64,000 nt of DNA, taken from an uncultured Planctomycetia bacterium (GTDB lineage: Bacteria; Omnitrophota; Gorgyraeia; CAYVEO01). A program made the translations under genes and the position numbers. The stretch spans positions 1,052-65,051 of the forward strand of contig CAYVEO010000003.1 in the NCBI GenBank assembly GCA_964449965.1, read 5' to 3'. The notes below the pieces were generated by a model. The model did no database searches and was not told where the DNA came from. It worked only from the letters and a program-made list of their open reading frames with translations. How positions within the stretch are numbered: the stretch's first letter is position 1; every line of letters starts with the position of its first letter. Below are positions 57,067 through 64,000 of this stretch, in pieces.

Positions 57067-57954
57067 TTAAATTTTAACATAATCAAACAATTCTAATACG
57101 TTTTGAGAATTTTCTGTCTTAATATTTCGTTTTCCATATTTACCAGTAAATTCACCTTTTTCTTTTCTCTCCTTAAATGTTTTTTCAACAACGTGCTTTG
57201 CAATTTCTTCATTTGCACACTTAATCTCATTTCTATAATTTTTCAGTCTTTCTTCAGCGAGTTTGACGTATTCATCAGAAATTTCAATTCCTATGAAAGC
57301 ATGCCCCAATATTTTTGCAGATACTAATGTTGTCCCGCTTCCACAATAAGGGTCAATAATTACCCCTTTTTTCTCATCCATAATAGAATAAATTACCCTA
57401 ACAGGTAATGCCAAAGGAAAAGGCGCAGGATGGGTATTTTTCTTTTCGGGTGGAAAACGCCAGATTGAAGTCTGTAATGCATGTTTAGGTTTTAATTCTT
57501 CACCTATTAATTCCTTTCCTTTTGGTTTGTAAAGCCAATATACCCTTTCTTCTACCTGCCAGAATCTCCACCCTCTAATATTTGCTGCGATCATTCTATT
57601 CCAGATTATCTCTTGTCTGATTGTCCATTTTGTTTTTCTTAGCCAATCCATAGGATGAAACATTTCTCCTCTTTCCCACCTGATTTTATGATTGTAAAAG
57701 AAAGAACCATCAGGTCTTGTAATTCTGTAAACTTCATTTAAAACATCTATTTGACTTTTTTGATATGAATCTTCTGGGAATTTATCTGTAGCCCCTGAAT
57801 ATTTTACATTTGTAACAAGCCAACCCTTCTTATTCTCACCTTTATTATAAGGTGGAGATGTTACTCCCAAGTCAAGAATTCCATCTGGTAAGGTTTTCAA
57901 AATAGTTAAAGCATCTCCTTTAACTATTTTATTCAAATATTCATTCTCACTCAT
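57067..57954 (-). CDS. DNA methyltransferase, β-class (N4-cytosine or N6-adenine) with an SPPY motif.
   Basis: Motif IV 'LGVTSPPYNKG' lies N-terminal to motif I 'DPYCGSGTTLVSA', the circular permutation typical of β-class amino-MTases. Confidence 0.75.
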   Translation of the reverse strand: MSENEYLNKIVKGDALTILKTLPDGILDLGVTSPPYNKGENKKGWLVTNVKYSGATDKFPEDSYQKSQIDVLNEVYRITRPDGSFFYNHKIRWERGEMFHPMDWLRKTKWTIRQEIIWNRMIAANIRGWRFWQVEERVYWLYKPKGKELIGEELKPKHALQTSIWRFPPEKKNTHPAPFPLALPVRVIYSIMDEKKGVIIDPYCGSGTTLVSAKILGHAFIGIEISDEYVKLAEERLKNYRNEIKCANEEIAKHVVEKTFKERKEKGEFTGKYGKRNIKTENSQNVLELFDYVKI

Positions 57955-58660
57955 TTGCCTTTCCCTCTAAGAATTCATAAAAAACTTTTGATATATATGG
58001 TTCGTATTTTGTTAATTCATCTTTGTTTAAAAGATATACAATTCTTAAATTTGGACTTTTAATAAAATCCTTGTAATCAAAATCGGCACTTCTTAGAAAT
58101 TGCCCTTCTGTGCTTTTGCTTCCTTTTAATTTCCTCTGCCATTTTTGTATTTTCATTTCCAAATTTTTCACAAAGTCTGAAAAGGTAAAAGGGAACTCAA
58201 TAATATAAATAAGTTTGCCATCAACGAATCCACTTACTAACATATTTAAATCTTTTTCATGTTTGTCCTTCTCTAATCTTAAGGAAGTATAGTCTGTAAA
58301 ATTTCCACCGCCATTTAATTTTGCGGGACTTGATTTTCTTTCACCTCTTTTATATTTTTCAGACTCTTCGGTATTAAAATTTTTAGGTTTGGCTTCACAT
58401 TTTAGGGTTTTTCCTGAAATAAATGTATCTTGCTTAAAACCATTGTAACCTATTTTACTTTCTTTATGTTCATATCCCGCTAAAGTAACTGTTATAAATT
58501 CTCTGATTGTTGATGAATTTTTATCATTTATATACATCGTTAATAAATCAACAAGCGTTCCAATAAGCGTATCTTTTGATTTGCCTATTAAATAACTACT
58601 CAATTCTTTATGACTCCCTGTTGAATATATTTTTATAACATTTGCCAATTCTTGATTCAT
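57947..58660 (-). CDS. Putative type II restriction endonuclease (PD-(D/E)XK candidate). The start is trimmed to the ATG at 58660, which has RBS 'ggaagagg'.
   Basis: Overlaps the MTase start by 8 bp (operon). Possible 'D-x10-EAK' catalytic motif (FKQDTFISGKTLKCEAK). Very AT-rich. Confidence 0.45.
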   Translation of the reverse strand: MNQELANVIKIYSTGSHKELSSYLIGKSKDTLIGTLVDLLTMYINDKNSSTIREFITVTLAGYEHKESKIGYNGFKQDTFISGKTLKCEAKPKNFNTEESEKYKRGERKSSPAKLNGGGNFTDYTSLRLEKDKHEKDLNMLVSGFVDGKLIYIIEFPFTFSDFVKNLEMKIQKWQRKLKGSKSTEGQFLRSADFDYKDFIKSPNLRIVYLLNKDELTKYEPYISKVFYEFLEGKANE

Positions 58661-58814
58661 GTTTTCGCCTCTTCCGAATTTTAAATTCCGCCTAACATGT
58701 ATTAGACTACCGAACAAAATTTGCAAACACTGTAAGTTTTGCAGTCTAACTACTACACATATTTAAACCAATTAAAAAGTTGCGAAGCAGTTAAGAAAAT
58801 ACTGATGCTTGATG

Positions 58815-59093
58815 TTATGCAGCCTTCAGTTCGCGTACGTGGAGAATTTCCTTTCCTCTCATTGCCCTGACATCGCCAGTACTGAGAGTCACAACAGCAG
58901 CAGTTCCCCCCTCACCCGTCACAAACTCGACTTCAAGTGCCTTGCCACTCCGATAGCAGTGTACAACGGCTCCGATGTCGCCAGCCTCCAACCCATATTC
59001 AGGTGCATTCCGAGTTAACACAACCGCATCCAATTCTTTTATCATAATACCATCCGTGAGGCCGGTTGGATTCATCAGCTTGTTAGACATCAC
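58815..59093 (-). CDS. DUF4926-family small protein.
   Basis: 'LDAVVLTRNAPEYGLEAGDIGAVVHCYRSGKALEVEF'. Overlaps the hicA stop by 4 bp. Confidence 0.5.
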   Translation of the reverse strand: MMSNKLMNPTGLTDGIMIKELDAVVLTRNAPEYGLEAGDIGAVVHCYRSGKALEVEFVTGEGGTAAVVTLSTGDVRAMRGKEILHVRELKAA

Positions 59094-59302
59094 AAATCTT
59101 CAGGCTGGAGACCCGTGTGTTTTGCAATGCGAGCCAACATCCGAGGACCAATTTCTTCGCGATCATGAAAGGCAAAAACGAAATCAGGATGCCCTTCCCT
59201 TGCAAGTATCTGGTGAGACCCTGAGATCCTCTTGACCTTCCATCCTATACGCTCCAATGCCTTTAGGACTTGCCGGGCTCGCGTACTGGACCAGTGGCTC
59301 AT
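59090..59302 (-). CDS. hicA: HicA-family mRNA interferase toxin. The start is trimmed to the internal ATG at 59302.
   Basis: 'ALERIGWKVKRISGSHQIL...FAFHDREEIGPRMLARIAK' (YcfA/HicA). The upstream part of the track ORF overlaps hicB in another frame and is not coding. Confidence 0.7.
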   Translation of the reverse strand: MSHWSSTRARQVLKALERIGWKVKRISGSHQILAREGHPDFVFAFHDREEIGPRMLARIAKHTGLQPEDL

Positions 59303-59505
59303 GCCGCTTTGAACAAGATCGTAATGGGAGCCGCAAGTTGCTCGCCCTTTTCTATTCTTTCCGCTATCACCCTCAAGGCAAGAGCCTCCGCTTGTCCCAA
59401 GGCTTCCTCTCGGCTTCCTCCGTACTTCATTACGCCGGGGAGTTCTATGATCTCGGCGATCCAACGACCATCGGTTTCCTGTTCAGTTTCAATTGTGAAC
59501 TGCAT
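59299..59505 (-). CDS. hicB: HicB-like antitoxin (UPF0150).
   Basis: 'MQFTIETEQETDGRWIAEIIELPGVMKYGGSREEALGQAE'. ATGA overlap with hicA. Confidence 0.65.
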   Translation of the reverse strand: MQFTIETEQETDGRWIAEIIELPGVMKYGGSREEALGQAEALALRVIAERIEKGEQLAAPITILFKAA

Positions 59506-59668
59506 GTTTCCTCCTAACTACGACCCTCTATAGTTTTAACCTTGGCAACTCGTGATGTGCTATATGGGAAGGTAACCGTATGCCCTTTCTTACGTATTTA
59601 AAAATATATCATGTAAAAATGATTTTGTCAAACACTTTTTCAGGTTTTTGGGGACAGGTTTTAGAATT

Positions 59669-59698
59669 CTTTTTTTCTTGCCTTATGTAAAAAATTCT
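59669..59698 (+). promoter_or_regulatory. σ70 promoter TTGCCT-17-TGTATAAT for the small-ORF/putA transcript.
   Basis: 'TTGCCTtatgtaaaaaattctTGTATAAT' with a perfect extended -10. Confidence 0.55.
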
Positions 59699-59783
59699 TG
59701 TATAATTTCCTTTGAGCGGCAACCTGTCGGGGCGTCATAAATGTCGCCCCTACAATTTAAAGTTAGAAAGAGGGGTATAAATT

Positions 59784-60014
59784 ATGCAGGACTTTGAGAA
59801 GTTAGGGGTGTTTTATTTAGGGCGGTTGTATGACATGAAGGCAGAAGGTCAAAGGGAGGGATTACTCCTGTACGATTCCAATGATCTTGTTACGCATCTG
59901 GAGACTATTAACCTCATGCCTACTAAGACTAATATTTCAGTACAGATTACCTCACTAACCTGGATTCCCAACTGGCAGGACGCGCAGGCAAAAATAACGC
60001 CTGCATGGAAATAA
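59784..60014 (+). CDS. Small protein (76 aa), translationally coupled to putA.
   Basis: Strong SD 'gaaagagggg' 7 nt before the ATG. Its stop overlaps the putA ATG by 10 nt. No recognisable motif. Confidence 0.4.
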   Translation: MQDFEKLGVFYLGRLYDMKAEGQREGLLLYDSNDLVTHLETINLMPTKTNISVQITSLTWIPNWQDAQAKITPAWK

Positions 60015-62923
60015 CCATGACCCAACGAGACTATAAGATTGAAGACCTGACAAAGGCAATCGGATACGAGATTTTTTCTCTGCTAAAAAAAGAAGTCCCT
60101 GCCTTCTTTGAGCGAGAACATTGGGAAACACAGGTCATGCAGTGGTGCATGGGCGATGATGACCTCAAGGTCAGAATCTTGAGATTTATAGATGTATTCC
60201 CCTCTATTAAAAGACCCGGACAGGTTGTGCGGCATCTGAGAGAATATTTCCCCGGTGCTGATATGCGTATTCCAAAGGCACTCCGCATCGGAATGGCGTG
60301 GACGAGGCCAACGATTATCACATCACGTGCCGTTACCTCTACTACTCAATGGCTCATTCAACGCATAGCGAGAAAATTTATCGCAGGTTCAACATTAGAA
60401 GAGGTCATCCCTGTCCTTGAACGTCTTAAGGTAGAAGGTGCCTCAGCAACCTTAGACGTCCTCGGGGAAGCAACAACGAGTGAAAAAGAGGCTGATGTGT
60501 ATATGTCACGCTATATAGATTTAATAAAGGGTCTTGGCACATCAAACGTATCATTAAAACTTTCTTCCCTTTACTCCAGATTTAACCCTCAAGACCAGGA
60601 AGGAAGTTCTTCCCATGTAAAACAACGTCTTAAGGAAATCTTCCGTGCAGCCAGGACATGCGGCACTTTCGCTAACATAGACATGGAACAATATAAATAC
60701 AGGGATTTAACTACCAGGATATTCAGAGAACTACTTATGGAAAAAGAGTTTTATGATTTTAAGGATGCAGGTATTGTCGTCCAGGCATATCTCAAAGATT
60801 CTGAAGAATCTATTCTGGATTTGATTCGCTGGGCAAGGGAGCGGAAGACCCCTATTACGATACGTCTTGTAAAGGGTGCATACTGGGACTGGGAGATTAT
60901 AAATGCAAGATTGGAAAATTGGCAAGTGCCGGTCTGGACAAATAAATGGGAAACCGACGCCGCTTTTGAAAGATTGACAGACATCCTCCTTAAAAATCAT
61001 GATGCTGTCCAGACTGCCATCGCAAGCCATAACGTTCGCAGTATCGCCCATGCCATGGCTTTCGCAAAATCAATGGGATTGGATAAGATGGCACCTGAAT
61101 TTCAAATGCTTTATGGCATGGCAGAGCCTGAAAAAAAGGCGATTATCTCTTTAGGATGGAATCTGCGTATCTATACCCCTTATGGAGAACTTATACCTGG
61201 CATAGCCTATCTTGTGAGGCGGATTCTTGAAAATACATCAAATGAGTCTTTTTTAAGACAGAGTTTCATCCGGGATTTACCAGAAGAGGAACTTTTAAAA
61301 AGCCCTGAAGAGATAGCACATCTTACACCGCAGGCGAAGAAAGAAGTGACAGGTATTAAGGTCACGGTTCCTGAATTTGAGAACGAACCTGATACTGATT
61401 TTTCTAAAGACAAGAATAGGACAAAGATGAAAGAGGTGATTAAGCGAGTCCAGAGACAGTTTGGCGCCTCATATATTCTGAAGGGTGCTAAAGGGCAATT
61501 TTTCTCAACTAACCCCGCACGTCCGAGCGAGGTCCTTGCCACCTTTTCCTTAGCCGAACCACATCATGCTGATGAGGCGATTAAGTCTGCAGAGGGTGCC
61601 TTCCTGACATGGAGGAACCTCGCGCCTGAGAAGAGACAGCGTCTGCTATACCGTGCAGCAGATATTATGCAGGAGGAACGTTTTGATTTGGCTGCCTGGG
61701 AGATTTTTGAAACAGGCAAGACATGGGAAGAGGCAGATGCAGATGTCAGCGAGGCAATAGATTATCTTAAGTATTACGGTCTTGAAGCCGTTAGGTTAGG
61801 TTCACCTCAGTTTTTAGGAAAGAGGCAGGGTGAGGTCAACGAATATAGTTATCAGCCTCGCGGTGTAGGTCTTGTCATTTCACCATGGAATTTCCCTCTT
61901 GCAATACTTACAGGCATGGTATCTGCATCTATTGCGGCAGGCAATTGTGTCATACTAAAACCATCAATGCTGTCAACCCTTGTTGCTGAAAAATTCATCT
62001 CATGTTTAAAAAGGGCAGGCATACCCGACGGTGTGGTCAACCTCATTCCGGGAGAGGGGCACACTGTAGGAGAGTATATGGTTTCTCATCCTGACATAAG
62101 TTTTATCGCCTTCACAGGCTCAATGGAAGCTGGACTGCGCATCAATTCTATTGCAGCGAATACTGCTAAAGGACAGGAATCCGTGAAAAGGGTCATAGCT
62201 GAAATGGGGGGTAAGAACGCTATAATCATTGATGAGGATGCTGATTTGGATGAGGCGGTAGTAGGGACTATTCATTCTGCCTTTGGCTACCAGGGGCAGA
62301 AATGCTCTGCTGCATCCAGGATTATAGTGCTTGAAGATGTATACGATAGGTTTATCAGCCGGCTGGTTGAATCTGCCAAGGCAATAAAGATTGGATATCC
62401 TGAAGACCCAGGGACACATATGGGGCCGCTTATAAGCGCTGATGCAAAAAATCGTGTTCTTGGATATATAAAAGAGGGAAAGGAAAATTTTACACTACTA
62501 TTAGAAACGAATGTGGATTCAATAGAAGGCGGCGGCCATTTTGCAGGCCCTGCAATCTTTGCAGATGTTCCTCACAATTCCCGTATGGCACAGGAGGAAA
62601 TTTTCGGACCTGTTCTGGCAGTCTTTAAGGTTAAGGATTTTAGAGAGGCAATACGCTTATTAAATGATACACGCTTTGCACTCACAGGCGGGCTTTACTC
62701 AAGGAGCCCGGTAAACATAGAACTTGCAAAAAAGGAACTTCAGGCAGGCAATTTTTATATAAACAGAAAGATAACCGGGGCAAAGGTGGGACGCCAGCCG
62801 TTCGGTGGATTTAAGATGTCAGGGGTAGGGTCAAAAGCCGGTGGACATGATTATCTACTGCAGTTTGTCCTCCCGCGCACAGTAACAGAGAACACTATCC
62901 GGCATGGCTTCGCCCCAATATGA
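60005..62923 (+). CDS. putA: Bifunctional proline dehydrogenase / Δ1-pyrroline-5-carboxylate dehydrogenase (PutA-like, without DNA-binding domain).
   Basis: N-terminal PRODH barrel region. The C-terminal ALDH has 'EMGGKNAIIIDEDAD' (catalytic Glu) and 'FGYQGQKCSAASRIIV' (catalytic Cys). Confidence 0.85.
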   Translation: MEITMTQRDYKIEDLTKAIGYEIFSLLKKEVPAFFEREHWETQVMQWCMGDDDLKVRILRFIDVFPSIKRPGQVVRHLREYFPGADMRIPKALRIGMAWTRPTIITSRAVTSTTQWLIQRIARKFIAGSTLEEVIPVLERLKVEGASATLDVLGEATTSEKEADVYMSRYIDLIKGLGTSNVSLKLSSLYSRFNPQDQEGSSSHVKQRLKEIFRAARTCGTFANIDMEQYKYRDLTTRIFRELLMEKEFYDFKDAGIVVQAYLKDSEESILDLIRWARERKTPITIRLVKGAYWDWEIINARLENWQVPVWTNKWETDAAFERLTDILLKNHDAVQTAIASHNVRSIAHAMAFAKSMGLDKMAPEFQMLYGMAEPEKKAIISLGWNLRIYTPYGELIPGIAYLVRRILENTSNESFLRQSFIRDLPEEELLKSPEEIAHLTPQAKKEVTGIKVTVPEFENEPDTDFSKDKNRTKMKEVIKRVQRQFGASYILKGAKGQFFSTNPARPSEVLATFSLAEPHHADEAIKSAEGAFLTWRNLAPEKRQRLLYRAADIMQEERFDLAAWEIFETGKTWEEADADVSEAIDYLKYYGLEAVRLGSPQFLGKRQGEVNEYSYQPRGVGLVISPWNFPLAILTGMVSASIAAGNCVILKPSMLSTLVAEKFISCLKRAGIPDGVVNLIPGEGHTVGEYMVSHPDISFIAFTGSMEAGLRINSIAANTAKGQESVKRVIAEMGGKNAIIIDEDADLDEAVVGTIHSAFGYQGQKCSAASRIIVLEDVYDRFISRLVESAKAIKIGYPEDPGTHMGPLISADAKNRVLGYIKEGKENFTLLLETNVDSIEGGGHFAGPAIFADVPHNSRMAQEEIFGPVLAVFKVKDFREAIRLLNDTRFALTGGLYSRSPVNIELAKKELQAGNFYINRKITGAKVGRQPFGGFKMSGVGSKAGGHDYLLQFVLPRTVTENTIRHGFAPI

Positions 62924-62954
62924 AGTAGGCATATTTACCTTTCATCGGACGTTT

Positions 62955-62990
62955 GTTTGCCCCTGCGTGGCAAACTGCACTCACTTTTTG
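62955..62990 (+). terminator. Possible terminator hairpin after putA.
   Basis: 'gtttgcc-cctgcgt-ggcaaac' stem-loop with a T5 run 9 nt downstream, which is not immediately adjacent. Confidence 0.3.
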
Positions 62991-63089
62991 CGCTCGCTCG
63001 TCCTTCGGACACCATGCCCGCTCGCACAAAATATGCCTCTTCAAGATAAATATGTCTACTTTTAGAAAGAAAAATTCAAGGAGGCGGTA

Positions 63090-64000
63090 ATGTATAAAGA
63101 AACACTAGAACTAAGAGGGCATATCATTGATTCTTTAACCCTGCCTAAAATTTTAGACAATATAATATCGCACGGGGGCGATTATAAGATTGAAGAAATC
63201 CTCATCGGTCATAAGAAAGAAGACCCATCTTATGCACGTATTGCCATTCAGGCGGCTTCAAAGAAAAACTTTCAGTGGATTTTAAAAGATGCCATTGCAA
63301 ACGGTGCTATAATTCTAAAAGAGGAGGAGGTTGTAACCGGAAAAGCCCCCCGTAATGGCATATTCCCTGATGACTTCTATTCTACCACAAACCTGCCAAC
63401 ATTTGTTCTAATTAAAAGGCGATGGATTGAGGTCAAAGATATTGAAATGGACTGTGGCATAGTAGTCCACTGCGAAAAAGATGAAGCAGTATGTGCCCCT
63501 ATGTGCGATATCCGGAAAGGCGACCACGTGGTTATAAACGGCAGGGGTATAAAAGTAACCCCTGTAGAGCGGGCACGCGGGAAAGAGGTATTTAGTTTTA
63601 TGTCCAGTGCAGTCTCTTATGAAAAACCAAAATTGCTTATAACGCGCCAGATAGCAGATTATATAAGGGGCGTCAAGAAACATGGTAAAAAGGTGCTTTT
63701 CGTAGCAGGTCCGGCAGTAGTTCATACAGGCGCAGGCAGATATCTTTCCAGTATTATAAGAAGCGGTTATGTTGACATCCTCTTTGCAGGTAATGCCCTG
63801 GCTGTCCATGACATAGAGTCAGCCCTTTACGGGACGTCACTCGGTATTTCCCTTGAGAAAGGCATCCCCGCCACGAGAGGACACGAACATCACATGAGGG
63901 CAATTAACACTATACGTGCTATTGGCAGCATAAGGACCGCAGTAAATAAGGGTGTCCTCAGGAAAGGTATCATGTATTCGTGCATCAAGTACGGTGTGGA
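63090..64000 (+). CDS. Partial ORF (3' end outside the window; absent from the supplied track because it has no in-window stop). It resembles archaeal-type ornithine cyclodeaminase / LOR-SDH N-terminal-domain proteins (TIGR00300-like).
   Basis: SD 'aaggaggcgg' + ATG at 63090. The frame is open to the window end. Sequence 'MYKETLELRGHIIDSLTLPKILDNI...GPAVVHTGAG...RGHEHHMRAIN'. The family assignment is from memory only. Confidence 0.35.
   Translation, partial: MYKETLELRGHIIDSLTLPKILDNIISHGGDYKIEEILIGHKKEDPSYARIAIQAASKKNFQWILKDAIANGAIILKEEEVVTGKAPRNGIFPDDFYSTTNLPTFVLIKRRWIEVKDIEMDCGIVVHCEKDEAVCAPMCDIRKGDHVVINGRGIKVTPVERARGKEVFSFMSSAVSYEKPKLLITRQIADYIRGVKKHGKKVLFVAGPAVVHTGAGRYLSSIIRSGYVDILFAGNALAVHDIESALYGTSLGISLEKGIPATRGHEHHMRAINTIRAIGSIRTAVNKGVLRKGIMYSCIKYGV

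Noticed and set aside
59303-59464. Arg/Gly-rich N-terminal extension of the track ORF for hicA.
   Set aside because: It overlaps hicB in another frame. HicA homology starts at the internal 'MSHWSS' with an ATGA junction to hicB.
59506-59668. Looked for a hicBA promoter or operator palindrome.
   Set aside because: Only a poorly spaced TTGCCA/TATAGA pair was seen. Not convincing enough to call.

Overview
This 64 kb window is a gene-dense bacterial chromosomal segment, roughly 40-45% GC by eye. It comes from a diderm organism (TolC, TonB-ExbBD, an LpxL-like acyltransferase). Most genes lie on the minus strand. No rRNA, tRNA, CRISPR array, integrase or transposase was recognised. The features below are listed in window order.

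- **1-8.5 kb, housekeeping:** a partial MFS transporter, a SurA-like periplasmic chaperone, a TPR protein, glnA, a Gfo/Idh/MocA oxidoreductase, and thrC-hom.
- **8.5-16 kb:** the ispA-xseB-xseA operon, radC, a lipid/glycolipid modification trio (GT2, LpxL-like acyltransferase, MGDG-synthase-like GT28), RidA, a DUF4432-like protein and CutA.
- **16-22.8 kb:** a CheY-PilZ regulator followed by a TonB-ExbD-ExbB cluster, a short TonB-dependent-receptor-like β-barrel and a large TPR protein.
- **22.8-25.4 kb, AT-rich islet:** an MNT/HEPN toxin-antitoxin pair, an ATPase pseudogene remnant and a stand-alone type III polyketide synthase.
- **25.4-35.2 kb:** a TolC-like outer membrane efflux protein, then a folate-related run (folE, mnmE, folC, purH, pabC, pabB).
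- **35.2-50.5 kb, type IV pilus locus:** comM, pilMNO, two paralogous giant PilX-like proteins, PilW- and PilV-like minor pilins, and two PilA-like pilins (the first with a σ54-type promoter). These are followed by PilR/PilS-like σ54 two-component genes, pilC and pilB.
- **50.5-53 kb:** an acyl-CoA dehydrogenase flanked by two DUF2231 membrane paralogs, with a triple-hairpin structured region between them.
- **53-59.5 kb, compositionally foreign defense island:** BrnT/BrnA, two lipoproteins, a caspase-like (peptidase C14) protein with a large unknown C-terminal half plus a 198-aa partner, a type II R-M pair (β-class SPPY methyltransferase plus a PD-(D/E)XK candidate), and hicB-hicA-DUF4926. 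The caspase module is the best candidate for an undescribed system.
- **59.5-64 kb:** a small ORF translationally coupled to a bifunctional PutA, then a partial ornithine-cyclodeaminase-like gene.
- **Repeats:** two families of small structured repeats are scattered through the window. One sits in-frame inside pabB. Another produces a shared artefactual N-terminal peptide on the ispA and pabC ORFs.
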